From contig JAYUYY010000538.1 of assembly GCA_043752225.1 (NCBI GenBank), forward strand, positions 1-27,636: 27,636 nucleotides of DNA, written 5' to 3'. Below the pieces are notes generated by a model, which saw only the letters and a program-made list of their open reading frames with translations, ran no database searches and was not told the DNA's origin. Origin of the DNA: Sandaracinaceae bacterium (GTDB lineage Bacteria > Myxococcota_A > Polyangia > Polyangiales > JAFGIB01). Both the position numbers and the translations under genes were made by a program. This document shows, in pieces, positions 9,113-19,360 of this stretch (the stretch's first letter is position 1; every line of letters starts with the position of its first letter).

Positions 9113-9140
9113 TGAGTCACGACACACGCGTCAAGCTTGA

Positions 9141-10427
9141 TCACGTGTGAACAGGTTTTCGGCTGAGGTGCTCGGACGTAGCACGCGCGATCAGCTCGAG
9201 CGCGACGTACGCGGAGAGCACGCGTACGCGGTTGCGTTCGCCGCTCAGTTGTCTGCGTTCTGCAAAGGTTTTTTGGCCGCGCACCGCTAACCCGAAGCAC
9301 ACGGTTCCGACCGGTCTCGAAGCGGATCCCCCGCCCGGCCCCGCGACGCCGGTGATGCTCACAGCCAGATCTGCGCCCGACTTTTCGAGCGCTCCTTCGG
9401 CCATCGCGGCGGCGACCTCGACGCTCACCGCGCCGTGTTGCTCGAGCAGCTCCGCGCTCACGCCGAGCAACCCGCGCTTGGCCGTGTTCGCGTACACAAC
9501 CGCGTCGAGCACGAAGTAGGCGGAGCTGCCCGCTGGATCGGTGAGCAGCTTGCCCAGCATGCCGCCCGTGCATGACTCCGCGAGCGCGAGCTTGAGGCCG
9601 GCATCGGTGAGCAGCTTGGCGACGTGCGCGGGGTAGCTCTCGTGCCGACCGCCGTACGCGTGATGGCCGAGCAGATCGCGCGCTTGGGTCGCGACCTCTT
9701 GGGCGAGCGCGATCGCGGCCGCTTCGTTTTCGGCGCGCGCATGCACTTTCACTTCGATTTCAGGGAACTGCGCGCGGTAGCCGATGGTTATGCCCGACTT
9801 GCTGGCGCTGCCCTTCGGACTGGCGAGCGGGTCAATGCTCGCGAGCCGCTCCGCCACCTCCGACTCAGGCAGGCCGACCACACGCAGATGGATCTGATGA
9901 GTCGTGCGTTGCACCCGGTGCGCGAGGTCGGGCACCAGATAGGTCTCGAACAGATGCTGCATCTCGACCGGCGGACCAGGCAGGAAGTAGCTCTCGGCTT
10001 GGCCGATCCGCACCGCGAAGCCGGGCGCGGTGCCGACGCTGTTGTCGAGCACACGCGCGCCCTCGGGCAGGTCCGCCTGCTTGGCGTTGATCGCCGGCAT
10101 GACCCGGTTGTGCTTCTTGAAGCGATCCTGGATGCGCTGGAGCGTCCCCGCATGACGCACGAGCGGAACGCCCATCACCTGGGCGACCACCGCGGAGGTC
10201 AGGTCGTCGCTCGTCGGGCCGAGGCCGCCGGTGCAAACCACGAGCTTGACCTCGCGACCAAACCTAGCGAGGGTGCTTGCGATTCGCTCGGAATCGTCCG
10301 GAACGACCGCGTGCTCGATGACCTCGAAGCCCAGCTCGGTGAGGCGTTCGGAAAGCCAAGCGGCGTTGCCGTTCACCAGCTCGCCGCGGGTGAGCTCCGT
10401 ACCAGTTGCGAGTAAGGCGGCGCGCAT
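9141..10427 (-). CDS. cinA: CinA: MoCF-like domain fused to a PncC NMN deamidase domain
   Basis: ATGTELTRGELVNGNAAWL, TGGLGPTSDDLT, GTAPG, LPGPPVEM; C-terminal AESCTGG, GSSAYF, HGAVSVEVA, SITGVAGPGGG. Canonical position upstream of recA. Confidence 0.95.
   Translation of the reverse strand: MRAALLATGTELTRGELVNGNAAWLSERLTELGFEVIEHAVVPDDSERIASTLARFGREVKLVVCTGGLGPTSDDLTSAVVAQVMGVPLVRHAGTLQRIQDRFKKHNRVMPAINAKQADLPEGARVLDNSVGTAPGFAVRIGQAESYFLPGPPVEMQHLFETYLVPDLAHRVQRTTHQIHLRVVGLPESEVAERLASIDPLASPKGSASKSGITIGYRAQFPEIEVKVHARAENEAAAIALAQEVATQARDLLGHHAYGGRHESYPAHVAKLLTDAGLKLALAESCTGGMLGKLLTDPAGSSAYFVLDAVVYANTAKRGLLGVSAELLEQHGAVSVEVAAAMAEGALEKSGADLAVSITGVAGPGGGSASRPVGTVCFGLAVRGQKTFAERRQLSGERNRVRVLSAYVALELIARATSEHLSRKPVHT
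9147..9162 (-). promoter_or_regulatory. Putative LexA (SOS) box 2 inside the last codons of cinA
   Basis: Minus strand CCGAAAACCTGTTCAC = GAAA-N4-GTTCA. Confidence 0.5.
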
Positions 10428-10435
10428 GGGGACTG

Positions 10436-10464
10436 AGCGTATGAGCAGGTATGTGACTCGTCAA
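10436..10464 (-). promoter_or_regulatory. sigma70 promoter of cinA, probably leaderless
   Basis: TTGACG-N17-TACGCT, then 8 nt, then the ATG; no SD. Confidence 0.65.
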
Positions 10465-10500
10465 GACTTTCGACTCGCACTCTTCAAAGGAAACATCCCG

Positions 10501-12105
10501 ATGATCGATCGAGCCTCAGGCAACCGACCCCGTGGGTCAGAGCTTCGCGCGTACCTCGCGCTGCTTTGCGCGACCGCGCTAGTCGGTGTGAGCGCCTCCG
10601 CGTTCTCGCAACCGCCAGCGGTCACCCTTCCGGCAACGCCGACTTCTTCCGCGCCCGCCGCTGCTGCGGTGCCCGCGCCCGCCGCCAAGCCTGCGCCGAC
10701 CGCCGCACCGGCTGCGGCTCCCGCTGCAACGCCCGCTGCAGCTGCGCCCGCCGCATCGGCCACGCCGACCGCGAGCAGCGTGAAGCTCCCGATCCTGCGC
10801 GACAAGCTCGCGAACGGCCTGCGCATCGTGATGAGCCCGGACCACAGCGTCCCGACCGTCGCGATCACCGTCTACTACGACGTCGGCTCGCGCAACGAAG
10901 CCAAGGGCAGCTCGGGCTTCGCGCATCTCTTCGAGCACATGATGTTTCAAGGCTCCGAGAACGTGGGCAAGGGCGAGCACTTCCAGCTGGTCATGAACCG
11001 CGGCGGCTCGATGAACGGCACCACGAGCCACGACCGCACCAACTACTACCAGACGATGCCGAGCCACGAGCTCGAGCTTGCGCTGTGGCTCGAAGCCGAT
11101 CGCATGCGCTCACTCGCGATCACGCAGGAGAACTTCGAGAACCAACGCCAGACGGTCATGGAGGAGCGGCGTCAGAGCTACGACAACCGTCCGTACATGC
11201 AGTCGATGCTGCGCATCAACGAGCTCGCCTACGGCGAATACTTTCCGTACGCGCACAGCACGATCGGCGACATGCAGGACCTCGTGAACGCGCAGCTTCC
11301 GGCGGTGCAGCAGTTCTTCGAGATGTATTACGCGCCCAACAACGCCGTGATCAGCCTCGCAGGCGACTTCGATCCGGCACGCGCGAACAAGCTGATCAGG
11401 AAGCTGTTCGGCGACATCCCCTCGGGGGTGACGCCGCCGTACACGCCGGGAACGCTCGCGCCGCAGACCGCGGAGCGCGTCGAGTCGATGCAGGATCCGC
11501 TCGCCGAGCTGCCCGCCTTCCACATCGACTATCACATCCCCGCCGACCGCGAGCCCGACCACTATCCGCTCGACATCTTGTCGATCGTGCTCGGCGACGG
11601 TGAGTCTTCGCGGCTCTATCAAAAGCTCGTGAAGGGCGAAGAGCTGGTGCAAGAGATCGAGGTCTCGACCGACGGCCGTCGGGGACCGGACCTGATGGCC
11701 TTTTGGGCGATCATGGCCAAGGGCAAGAAGGCCACCGAAGCGCGCAAGCTGATCTACGCCGAGCTGCAGAGCATCGCGGACAAGGGCATCACGCAGCGCG
11801 AGCTCGAGAAGGCCAAGAACCGCATTCGCTCGAGCTTCATCATGAGCTTGCAGAGCAACCAAATGCGCTCGATGCGCGTCGGCGAGTTCGAGCTGTACTG
11901 GGGCGACGGCAACCTGTTGAACACGGAGGCCGATCGTTACTTGTCGATCACCGCCGCCGATGTGCAGCGCGTGGCCAAACTATATTTCGCGGCCGCAAAT
12001 CGCACGGTGCTGGACGTCGTGCCCGCACCCGGCCAGCCGCAAGCCACGCGCGCGGGCGCGGCGAGCAAGACCGAATCGTTTGCAGCAGTCGGAGGAAAGC
12101 CATGA
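10501..12105 (+). CDS. M16B zinc peptidase, catalytic subunit (exported)
   Basis: Start moved to ATG 10501 (AAAGGA SD). Signal peptide, then an Ala/Pro/Thr linker. Inverted zinc motif GFAHLFEHMM (HxxEH), NGTTSHDRTNYY, third ligand in ERQTVMEE-like QRQTVMEERR. Confidence 0.92.
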   Translation: MIDRASGNRPRGSELRAYLALLCATALVGVSASAFSQPPAVTLPATPTSSAPAAAAVPAPAAKPAPTAAPAAAPAATPAAAAPAASATPTASSVKLPILRDKLANGLRIVMSPDHSVPTVAITVYYDVGSRNEAKGSSGFAHLFEHMMFQGSENVGKGEHFQLVMNRGGSMNGTTSHDRTNYYQTMPSHELELALWLEADRMRSLAITQENFENQRQTVMEERRQSYDNRPYMQSMLRINELAYGEYFPYAHSTIGDMQDLVNAQLPAVQQFFEMYYAPNNAVISLAGDFDPARANKLIRKLFGDIPSGVTPPYTPGTLAPQTAERVESMQDPLAELPAFHIDYHIPADREPDHYPLDILSIVLGDGESSRLYQKLVKGEELVQEIEVSTDGRRGPDLMAFWAIMAKGKKATEARKLIYAELQSIADKGITQRELEKAKNRIRSSFIMSLQSNQMRSMRVGEFELYWGDGNLLNTEADRYLSITAADVQRVAKLYFAAANRTVLDVVPAPGQPQATRAGAASKTESFAAVGGKP

Positions 12106-13772
12106 GTCGCGCGATGAAGCTTCTCGTGTTGTGCTCGCTCGCGCTCGTCTTGAGCTGCGCGACGACCAGCACGCAACAACCGCCCGCAGCCGGTGCATCG
12201 CAGGACTCGACCCAGGTGGTGGTCGAGCGCTTCGACGTGCCGAAGAAGGCGCCGCCACCCGAATCGGGCAAGCGCGCCGAGGTGCGCTTCCCGGCGATCG
12301 CGCGCGCGACCACCGCGAGCGGCCTCGAGCTCAACACGGTCGAGATGCACACGCTGCCGATCGTTAAGATCAAGCTGGTCGTGAAGTCGGGCAGCGCGAG
12401 CGACCCCGAGACGATGCCGGGCATGGCGGACCTGACTGCCGCGATGCTCAAAGAGGGCACTTATAAGAAGAGCAGCGCGAAGCTCGCCGAAGCCGTGGAC
12501 TTCCTCGGCGCGCAGCTCAACGTGGGCAGCGACGAAGACACGCTCGTGATCGACTTTCAGGCGCTTACCGAGCAGCTCGACACCGCGCTCGACTTGGTCG
12601 CCGAGGTCGCGCTCCAGCCGGCGTTCTCACAGGACGAGCTCGACAAGCTCAAGAAGCGCGAGCTGGTGCGTTTGTCGCTCCAGAGCCAGGACCCGCAGTT
12701 CTTGGCCGAGCGCGAGTTTCGCGCGGCGCTCTACGGCAAGCACCCGTACGCGCACGTCGACACCACGCCGGCGGTGGTGCGGCGCGTGAAGCGCCAGGAT
12801 CTGATCCGCTGGCACAAGCGCGCGTTCGTCCCCAGTAACGCCTTCTTGGTCGTGACCGGCGACGTCACCCCGGAGCGCGTGAAGGCGGCCGCCGAGCGCG
12901 TGTTCGGCGCGTGGAAGGGCAAGCCGGTGGCTGTCTCGACCGCTGCGCCGACCGCGACGCCCGAAAAGGCTGCCCGCCGCGTGATCATCATCGACCGCCC
13001 CGAGTCGGTGCAGTCGATGATCTACTACGGCAACCTCGCGATCCCGCGCGGCGATGCCGACTTCATCCCGCTGACGGTCGCGAACCAAGTGCTGGGCGGC
13101 TCGGCGACTTCGCGGCTGTTCATGGACCTGCGCGAGAAGCGCAGCCTGACGTACGGCGCCTACAGCGATGTCGAGGAGCACGTGCAGGTCTCGCCGTTCC
13201 TCGCGACCGCGGCGGTGCGTACCGATGTCACCGCTGAAGCGGTCGCCGCGTTTACCGAGCACCTCGATCGCATCATCCAAGAGCCGGTGGCAGCCAGCGA
13301 GCTGGCGGACGCGAAGCGTTTCCTGACCGATCGCTTTCCGTTGCGCATCGAGACCGCGGGCAAGATCGCTCAGCTCGTGAGCGAGCTGCGCGTGTTCGGT
13401 TTGCCCGACGAGTACTGGGACCGCTTCCGCGGTGAGATCGAAGGCGTCACCGCCGAAGCCGCGCTCGCGGCAGCGAAGCGGCACGTGCGGCCGAGCGAGA
13501 GCTTGCTGGTGGTCGTCGGCAAGGCCGCCGCGTTCAAAAGCGCGCTCGAAAAGTACGGCCCGGTCACCGTGGTCGACACGAATCGAAACGTGTTGGTGCA
13601 GGCCAAGTCACAATCGACAGCGCAGACGGCGACTCCGCCGGTCGCGCCTGAGGGAGCGGCTCCGGCGCCTGCAAACCCGGTGAGCCCTACGCTACCGACG
13701 AGCGCTCCGCCCACAAACGCTGCTACAACCGTCCCGGCACAGCCGGCGCCCGCGCCCGCTAAACAACCTTAG
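12102..13772 (+). CDS. M16B peptidase non-catalytic partner subunit, lipoprotein
   Basis: ATG 12102 (GGAGGA SD, ATGA overlap). Lipobox VLSC. No HxxEH. R/Y motif LGGSATSRLFMDLREKRSLTYG. Ala/Pro/Thr-rich C-terminal tail. Confidence 0.88.
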   Translation: MSRAMKLLVLCSLALVLSCATTSTQQPPAAGASQDSTQVVVERFDVPKKAPPPESGKRAEVRFPAIARATTASGLELNTVEMHTLPIVKIKLVVKSGSASDPETMPGMADLTAAMLKEGTYKKSSAKLAEAVDFLGAQLNVGSDEDTLVIDFQALTEQLDTALDLVAEVALQPAFSQDELDKLKKRELVRLSLQSQDPQFLAEREFRAALYGKHPYAHVDTTPAVVRRVKRQDLIRWHKRAFVPSNAFLVVTGDVTPERVKAAAERVFGAWKGKPVAVSTAAPTATPEKAARRVIIIDRPESVQSMIYYGNLAIPRGDADFIPLTVANQVLGGSATSRLFMDLREKRSLTYGAYSDVEEHVQVSPFLATAAVRTDVTAEAVAAFTEHLDRIIQEPVAASELADAKRFLTDRFPLRIETAGKIAQLVSELRVFGLPDEYWDRFRGEIEGVTAEAALAAAKRHVRPSESLLVVVGKAAAFKSALEKYGPVTVVDTNRNVLVQAKSQSTAQTATPPVAPEGAAPAPANPVSPTLPTSAPPTNAATTVPAQPAPAPAKQP

Positions 13773-13787
13773 ACTAGGAGCGCAAAC

Positions 13788-15620
13788 GTGTGCGGCATCG
13801 TTGGGTACGTTGGTGATGCGGACGCGGCCCCGATCTTGGTCGATGGGCTGCGGCGCCTCGAGTACCGCGGCTACGACTCCGCAGGGCTTGCGGTGCATGA
13901 CGGCCAGCGCGTGCGCATCCTGCGCGCGGTCGGCAAGCTGCGCGAGCTCGAGCTTGCTCTGAGCAAGACGCCGCTCGCGGGCAAGCTCGGTATCGGTCAC
14001 ACGCGCTGGGCGACGCACGGCAAGCCGACCGAGGTGAACGCGCATCCGCACGTCGCCGGCCACATCGCGCTGATCCACAACGGCATCATCGAAAACCACA
14101 TGCCGCTGCGCGCGCGCTTGGTCGCAGCCGGCGTGAAGATCTTGAGCGATACCGACACCGAGATCGTCGCGCACTTGGTCGACGAACAGGTGAAGACCGG
14201 TCTCGCGCTCGAGCCGGCGGTGCGCAAGGCGCTCGCGCAGGTCGAAGGCGCGTACGCGATCGCCGTGATCTCCGAGAAAGAGCCCGATCGGATCATCGTC
14301 GCGAAGAACGCCTCGCCGCTCGTGCTCGGCATCGGTGAAGGCGCGATGCTCTGCGGCAGCGACATCCCCGCGCTGCTCCCATACACGCGCCGCATGATCG
14401 TGCTCGAGGACGGCCAATTCGCCGTGCTCACTAAGCTTGGCGCGGTGGTCACGACGCTCGACGGCAAGCCGGTCGATCCCGAGATCCGCACCATCGATTG
14501 GTCGCCGGTGATGGCCGAGAAGGCCGGCTTCAAGCACTTCATGCTCAAGGAGATCTTCGAGCAGCCGCGCGCGATCGAAGACACGCTGCGCGGGCGCTTG
14601 GATCGCGAAGCCGGCGACATCTCGATGGCCGAGGTCGGCCTCTCGCCGGAAGACGCGACGCGCATCGATCGCGTGGTGCTGGTCGCGTGCGGCACGAGCC
14701 ACCACGCCGCGCTGACCGGGCGCTACTACCTGGAGAAGCTCGCGAAGATCCAAGTCAGCGTCGAGCTGGCGAGCGAGTTCCGCACGCGTGAGCCGGTGAT
14801 CGGGCCGCGCGACTTGGTGATCGCGATCAGCCAGTCCGGCGAGACGCTCGACACGCTGCAAGCCGCCAAGCTCGCGAAAGAACGCGGCGCGCGCATCCTC
14901 GCGATCGCGAACGTGATGGGCAGCGCGATCCCGCGCATGGCCGACGCTGAGCTGTACACGCGCGCCGGCCCCGAGATCGGCGTCGCATCCACCAAGTGTT
15001 TCTCCGCGCAGGTGATCGCGCTATTGATGCTGTCGGTCGCGCTCGGCCGCGCTCGCGGCGCGCTCTCCGCAGAACGCGCGCGCTCGCTGGTCGAGGACAT
15101 GGCGCGCTTGCCGCACTTGATGCGCGACACGTTGCAAGGCGTGCGTCAGCTGGTGCTCTCGCTCGCGCGCCGCAACCTCGATGCGCGTGACGTGCTCTTC
15201 CTTGGCCGCGGGCTGTCGTTCCCGATCGCGCTCGAAGGCGCGCTCAAGCTCAAAGAGATCTCGTACGTGCACGCCGAGGGATACGCCGCCGGCGAGATGA
15301 AGCACGGCCCGATCGCCCTAATCGACAGCTCGGTGCCGGTGGTGGTGCTCGTGCCGCACGACGAGTGCCGCGAGAAGAGCCTGAGCAACCTTCAAGAAGC
15401 CAAAGCGCGGGGCGGACGCATTCTCGCCGTGTGCAGCGAGGGCGACGAAGAAGTGCGCTCGCAAGCTGACGACGTGATTGAAGTGCCGCGCTGCGCGAGC
15501 GAGCTCACGCCGTTCGTGACCGTGCTGCCGCTTCAGCTCTACGCGTATTACGTCGCGGACCTCAAAGGCACCGACGTCGACCAGCCGCGCAACCTCGCGA
15601 AGACCGTTACGGTCGAGTAG
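13788..15620 (+). CDS. glmS: Glutamine--fructose-6-phosphate transaminase (isomerizing)
   Basis: GTG start with [70 protein letters not shown]. Confidence 0.99.
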   Translation: MCGIVGYVGDADAAPILVDGLRRLEYRGYDSAGLAVHDGQRVRILRAVGKLRELELALSKTPLAGKLGIGHTRWATHGKPTEVNAHPHVAGHIALIHNGIIENHMPLRARLVAAGVKILSDTDTEIVAHLVDEQVKTGLALEPAVRKALAQVEGAYAIAVISEKEPDRIIVAKNASPLVLGIGEGAMLCGSDIPALLPYTRRMIVLEDGQFAVLTKLGAVVTTLDGKPVDPEIRTIDWSPVMAEKAGFKHFMLKEIFEQPRAIEDTLRGRLDREAGDISMAEVGLSPEDATRIDRVVLVACGTSHHAALTGRYYLEKLAKIQVSVELASEFRTREPVIGPRDLVIAISQSGETLDTLQAAKLAKERGARILAIANVMGSAIPRMADAELYTRAGPEIGVASTKCFSAQVIALLMLSVALGRARGALSAERARSLVEDMARLPHLMRDTLQGVRQLVLSLARRNLDARDVLFLGRGLSFPIALEGALKLKEISYVHAEGYAAGEMKHGPIALIDSSVPVVVLVPHDECREKSLSNLQEAKARGGRILAVCSEGDEEVRSQADDVIEVPRCASELTPFVTVLPLQLYAYYVADLKGTDVDQPRNLAKTVTVE

Positions 15621-16376
<756 letters not shown>

Positions 16377-16413
16377 CACACCGCGTGAGCAACCGTGCGA
16401 GACTCGCGCGCGC

Positions 16414-17619
16414 GTGCGCATCGGTCTCCTCACGACGAGCTTTCCGCGCTTTGAAGGCGACATCGCAGGCTCCTTCGTGCTCGGCTTCGCGCGCGCGCTC
16501 GTGCAGCGCGGCCACAGTATTTGCGTGCTCGCACCCGAGCCGCCCGTCGAGCAGGCCGCGCCCGTGTGGCCTGCGATCGAGACGCGTTACGTGCGTTATG
16601 TGCGGCCGCGCAGCCTCGCGACCACGTTCTACGGCGCGGGCGTGCTCGACAACGCACGCGACATCCGCGCCTGGCCGGGCCTTGCGACGTTCGCGCCCGC
16701 GCTGCTCGCGGCGGGCGCGCGTGAGCTCTCGGATTGCGATGCGCTGGTAAGCCATTTCGGCTTGCCTTGCGGCCTGGTCGCAGGTGCGCTGCGCCGCGGT
16801 CGTCCGCATCTCGCGGTGCTGCACTCGGCGGACTTGCACGTGCTCGCGCGCATGCCCGGACGCGCCTTGCTCGCGAGCGCGCTCGCGCTCGGAGCGCATC
16901 ACCTGACCTGCGTCTCGGAAGCGCATCGCGCAAAGCTGATCGCGCACTTGCCGAGTGCGGTCGCGTCGCGCGTCTCCGATCGCGTGCACGTGCAAGCGAT
17001 GGGGGTCGACACGGCCACGCTCGCGCTCGCGGGTGCTCCGCACGCGCGGCAGGAGGCTCGCGCGGCGCTCGGCGTGCGTGGCTTCACGCTGCTTACGCTC
17101 GCGCGCCTCGTTCCGGTGAAGGGCTTGTGCGAAGCGCTCGACGTGCTCGCACGCCGCCCCGACATCGAATGGGTGATCGCAGGCGACGGCCCGCTGCGCG
17201 CTGAGCTCGAGGCTCGTGCAGCGCGCGCTCGGCGTGATCACAGCGCGCGCATACGGCTGGTCGGCGAGGTTCGCGGCCCGCAGAAGGCTCGATGGTTGGC
17301 CGCAGCCGATGCGTTTCTGCTGCCGTCGCGCGTGCTCACTTCCGGTCGTACCGAGGGCATGCCGCATGCGCTGCTCGAGGCGATGGCGGCGGGACTGCCC
17401 GTCATCGCCTCGAATGTCGGAGGCGTGCGCGAGCTGGTGCACGATCGCGAAAACGGTCTGCTGTTCGACTCCGAGTGGCCCGACAGCTTGCTCGCCGCGC
17501 TCGACGCGCTCACCAGCAGCCCACAGCTCGCGACTACGCTTGCGCAGCGGGCGAGTTACACGGCGCAGCCGTATGACTGGCGATCGATCGCACCCCGACT
17601 CGAAGCTTGGCTTGAATGA
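16414..17619 (+). CDS. Glycosyltransferase family 4 (GT-B)
   Basis: IGLLTTSFPRF...AGSFV, LARLVPVKG, GDGPLR, EGMPHALLEAMAAGLPVIASNVGG. GTG 16414 chosen as start; the frame is open upstream to 16303. Confidence 0.88.
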   Translation: MRIGLLTTSFPRFEGDIAGSFVLGFARALVQRGHSICVLAPEPPVEQAAPVWPAIETRYVRYVRPRSLATTFYGAGVLDNARDIRAWPGLATFAPALLAAGARELSDCDALVSHFGLPCGLVAGALRRGRPHLAVLHSADLHVLARMPGRALLASALALGAHHLTCVSEAHRAKLIAHLPSAVASRVSDRVHVQAMGVDTATLALAGAPHARQEARAALGVRGFTLLTLARLVPVKGLCEALDVLARRPDIEWVIAGDGPLRAELEARAARARRDHSARIRLVGEVRGPQKARWLAAADAFLLPSRVLTSGRTEGMPHALLEAMAAGLPVIASNVGGVRELVHDRENGLLFDSEWPDSLLAALDALTSSPQLATTLAQRASYTAQPYDWRSIAPRLEAWLE

Positions 17620-19337
17620 CGAGCAGCTCGGATAAGCTCATCGCGGTGACGAACCCAAGGGCTCTGCTGCTCGGCTGTGCCTTACTCGCGCTGAGCGTGG
17701 TCGCTGTGTTCGGTCGCGTCGTCGAGTTTCCGTTCATCGCGTTCGATGACGCCGAGCTGATCGTGCGCAACCCGCTCGTTCATTCGGCCGACGTCGCCTT
17801 CGCGGATCAGCTGATTACGCCCACGGTCGGCTACGTAGTTCCGGTCACCATTGCACTGGAACGCGCGCTGTTCGCGTTCTCAAACGGTGCGCCGTGGTCC
17901 TTTCACGCGATGGCGCTCGCGCTCCACGCCTTGTGCGTGTGCCTCGTGTACGCGTTCTGTTTGCGCCTGGGCGCTCGCGCACTGCCCGCGTTCGCGGCGG
18001 TCGCGTTGTTTGCGATGCACCCACTGGTCGTGCAGCCGGTCGCGTGGGCGATCTGTCTCAAAGACCTGCTCATGGCATGCTTTGCGTTCGGCGCCGTGCA
18101 CGCGTTCTGGACCGCGTTGCACGCAGCGCCACAAACCGAGCAGGGTGAGGCCTCAAGCGATCGCGTTGCCCTCGTGAGCGCGGTCGTGGCCGTGCTGCTC
18201 GCGCTGCTCTCGATGCTCAGCAAGCCGACCGCGACCTTGCTCGGGATGGTCTTCGTCGCTGCGGTCTTCGTGCGTCATCGCGAGCCGGCATTCGTGCCGC
18301 GCTCGACGCGGCTCGCCGCACTCTTGACCGCGGGAGGCGGTGTGCTGATCGGCTTCATCAGTCGCATCGCGCACGACGCGCACATGGGGGTCGAGCGAGT
18401 CGCGGGTTGGACGCCTTGGTTTCCACTCAGCGTGCTCGGCCGGCACGTCGCGCACGTGGTTGCACCCGGCAATCTGCTCGTGCTCTATCCCGAGCCGCCG
18501 GGGACCCCCGACGTCTACGCGTGGCTCGGCGTCGCCTGTGTGCTCGCGTGGCTCGGCTTGATCTTCGTCGCTCGCCGCTCGAGCGGAAGCGTCCTGCTGC
18601 TCGCGCTGGTAGCCGCGCTGTACTTACCCGTCAGCAATTTGCTGCCGTTCGGCCGCGTGATGAGCGACAGTTATTTGTACGTTCCGCTCGCGGCGCTGAG
18701 CGCGCTGCTCGCGCTGCAGATCGATCGGCTCGCTTCGAGCATGACTCGTTTCGTGCCGCGTGCGCGCGTCGTGTTGGTGGCGAGCCTCTTGGCGCTTTCA
18801 CTCGTGCTCGCGCTTTCGTCCTATCGGCAGCTGCCGCGATATCGCGGCGGCGATGCGCTCTGGGGACCGGTGGTGCGCGCGTATCCAGGGCTCTATCGCG
18901 CGCACAAGCTCTACGCCGACGAGCTCTTGCTGCGCGGCGACCCGGAGCGCGCGGCCAAGCGCTTCGTGCACGCGTTTTCGCTCGACTACGACCCCAACGA
19001 CCTGCTCGAGCTCGGCTCGCTTCTCAGCATCGCAGGTCGCATCGCCGATGCTGAATGCGTGCTCATCGAAGCGACGTTGCTAGGCACCAAGCCCGGCTAC
19101 GCCGCGTTCAACTACGCCGTGTTGCTCGCATTCAACGCGCGCTACGCGACGGCCTATCCTGCCATCGCAAAGACCCTTCTCACCGACGTCGAGCGCTTGC
19201 GCAGGGCCGGCAAGCTCGCGTTTCCACCGCCGATCGTGACGGGGCTGCACGCTCGACTCACAGAGCTCGGCTCGATCGAGGCCAGCATGCCGCCCTGGCC
19301 GATGCGCAACTGCCCGGTGCTGAAGCGTCCTCGCTGA
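17616..19337 (+). CDS. Multi-pass membrane GT-C protein, TMTC/protein-O-mannosyltransferase-like, with short TPR-like tail
   Basis: First-loop FDD...IVRNPLV, LHALCVCLVY, LFAMHPLVVQPVAW, LSKPTA, LYLPVSNL, SDSYLYVP, then xLW and helical repeats. ATGA overlap with GT4. Confidence 0.7.
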   Translation: MTSSSDKLIAVTNPRALLLGCALLALSVVAVFGRVVEFPFIAFDDAELIVRNPLVHSADVAFADQLITPTVGYVVPVTIALERALFAFSNGAPWSFHAMALALHALCVCLVYAFCLRLGARALPAFAAVALFAMHPLVVQPVAWAICLKDLLMACFAFGAVHAFWTALHAAPQTEQGEASSDRVALVSAVVAVLLALLSMLSKPTATLLGMVFVAAVFVRHREPAFVPRSTRLAALLTAGGGVLIGFISRIAHDAHMGVERVAGWTPWFPLSVLGRHVAHVVAPGNLLVLYPEPPGTPDVYAWLGVACVLAWLGLIFVARRSSGSVLLLALVAALYLPVSNLLPFGRVMSDSYLYVPLAALSALLALQIDRLASSMTRFVPRARVVLVASLLALSLVLALSSYRQLPRYRGGDALWGPVVRAYPGLYRAHKLYADELLLRGDPERAAKRFVHAFSLDYDPNDLLELGSLLSIAGRIADAECVLIEATLLGTKPGYAAFNYAVLLAFNARYATAYPAIAKTLLTDVERLRRAGKLAFPPPIVTGLHARLTELGSIEASMPPWPMRNCPVLKRPR

Positions 19338-19360
19338 GACCGCTCCAGCGACGACGCCGG

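Noticed and set aside
10231-10500. Long upstream extensions of ORF-track calls (M16 from 10231 and 11703, DUF2911 from 4218, CdnL from 5591, LolA from 20140)
   Set aside because: Downstream starts have clear SD sequences and signal peptides or family-typical N-termini; some extensions overlap other genes.
13773-13787. glmS ribozyme/riboswitch
   Set aside because: Only 15 bp separate glmS from the upstream gene, leaving no room for it.
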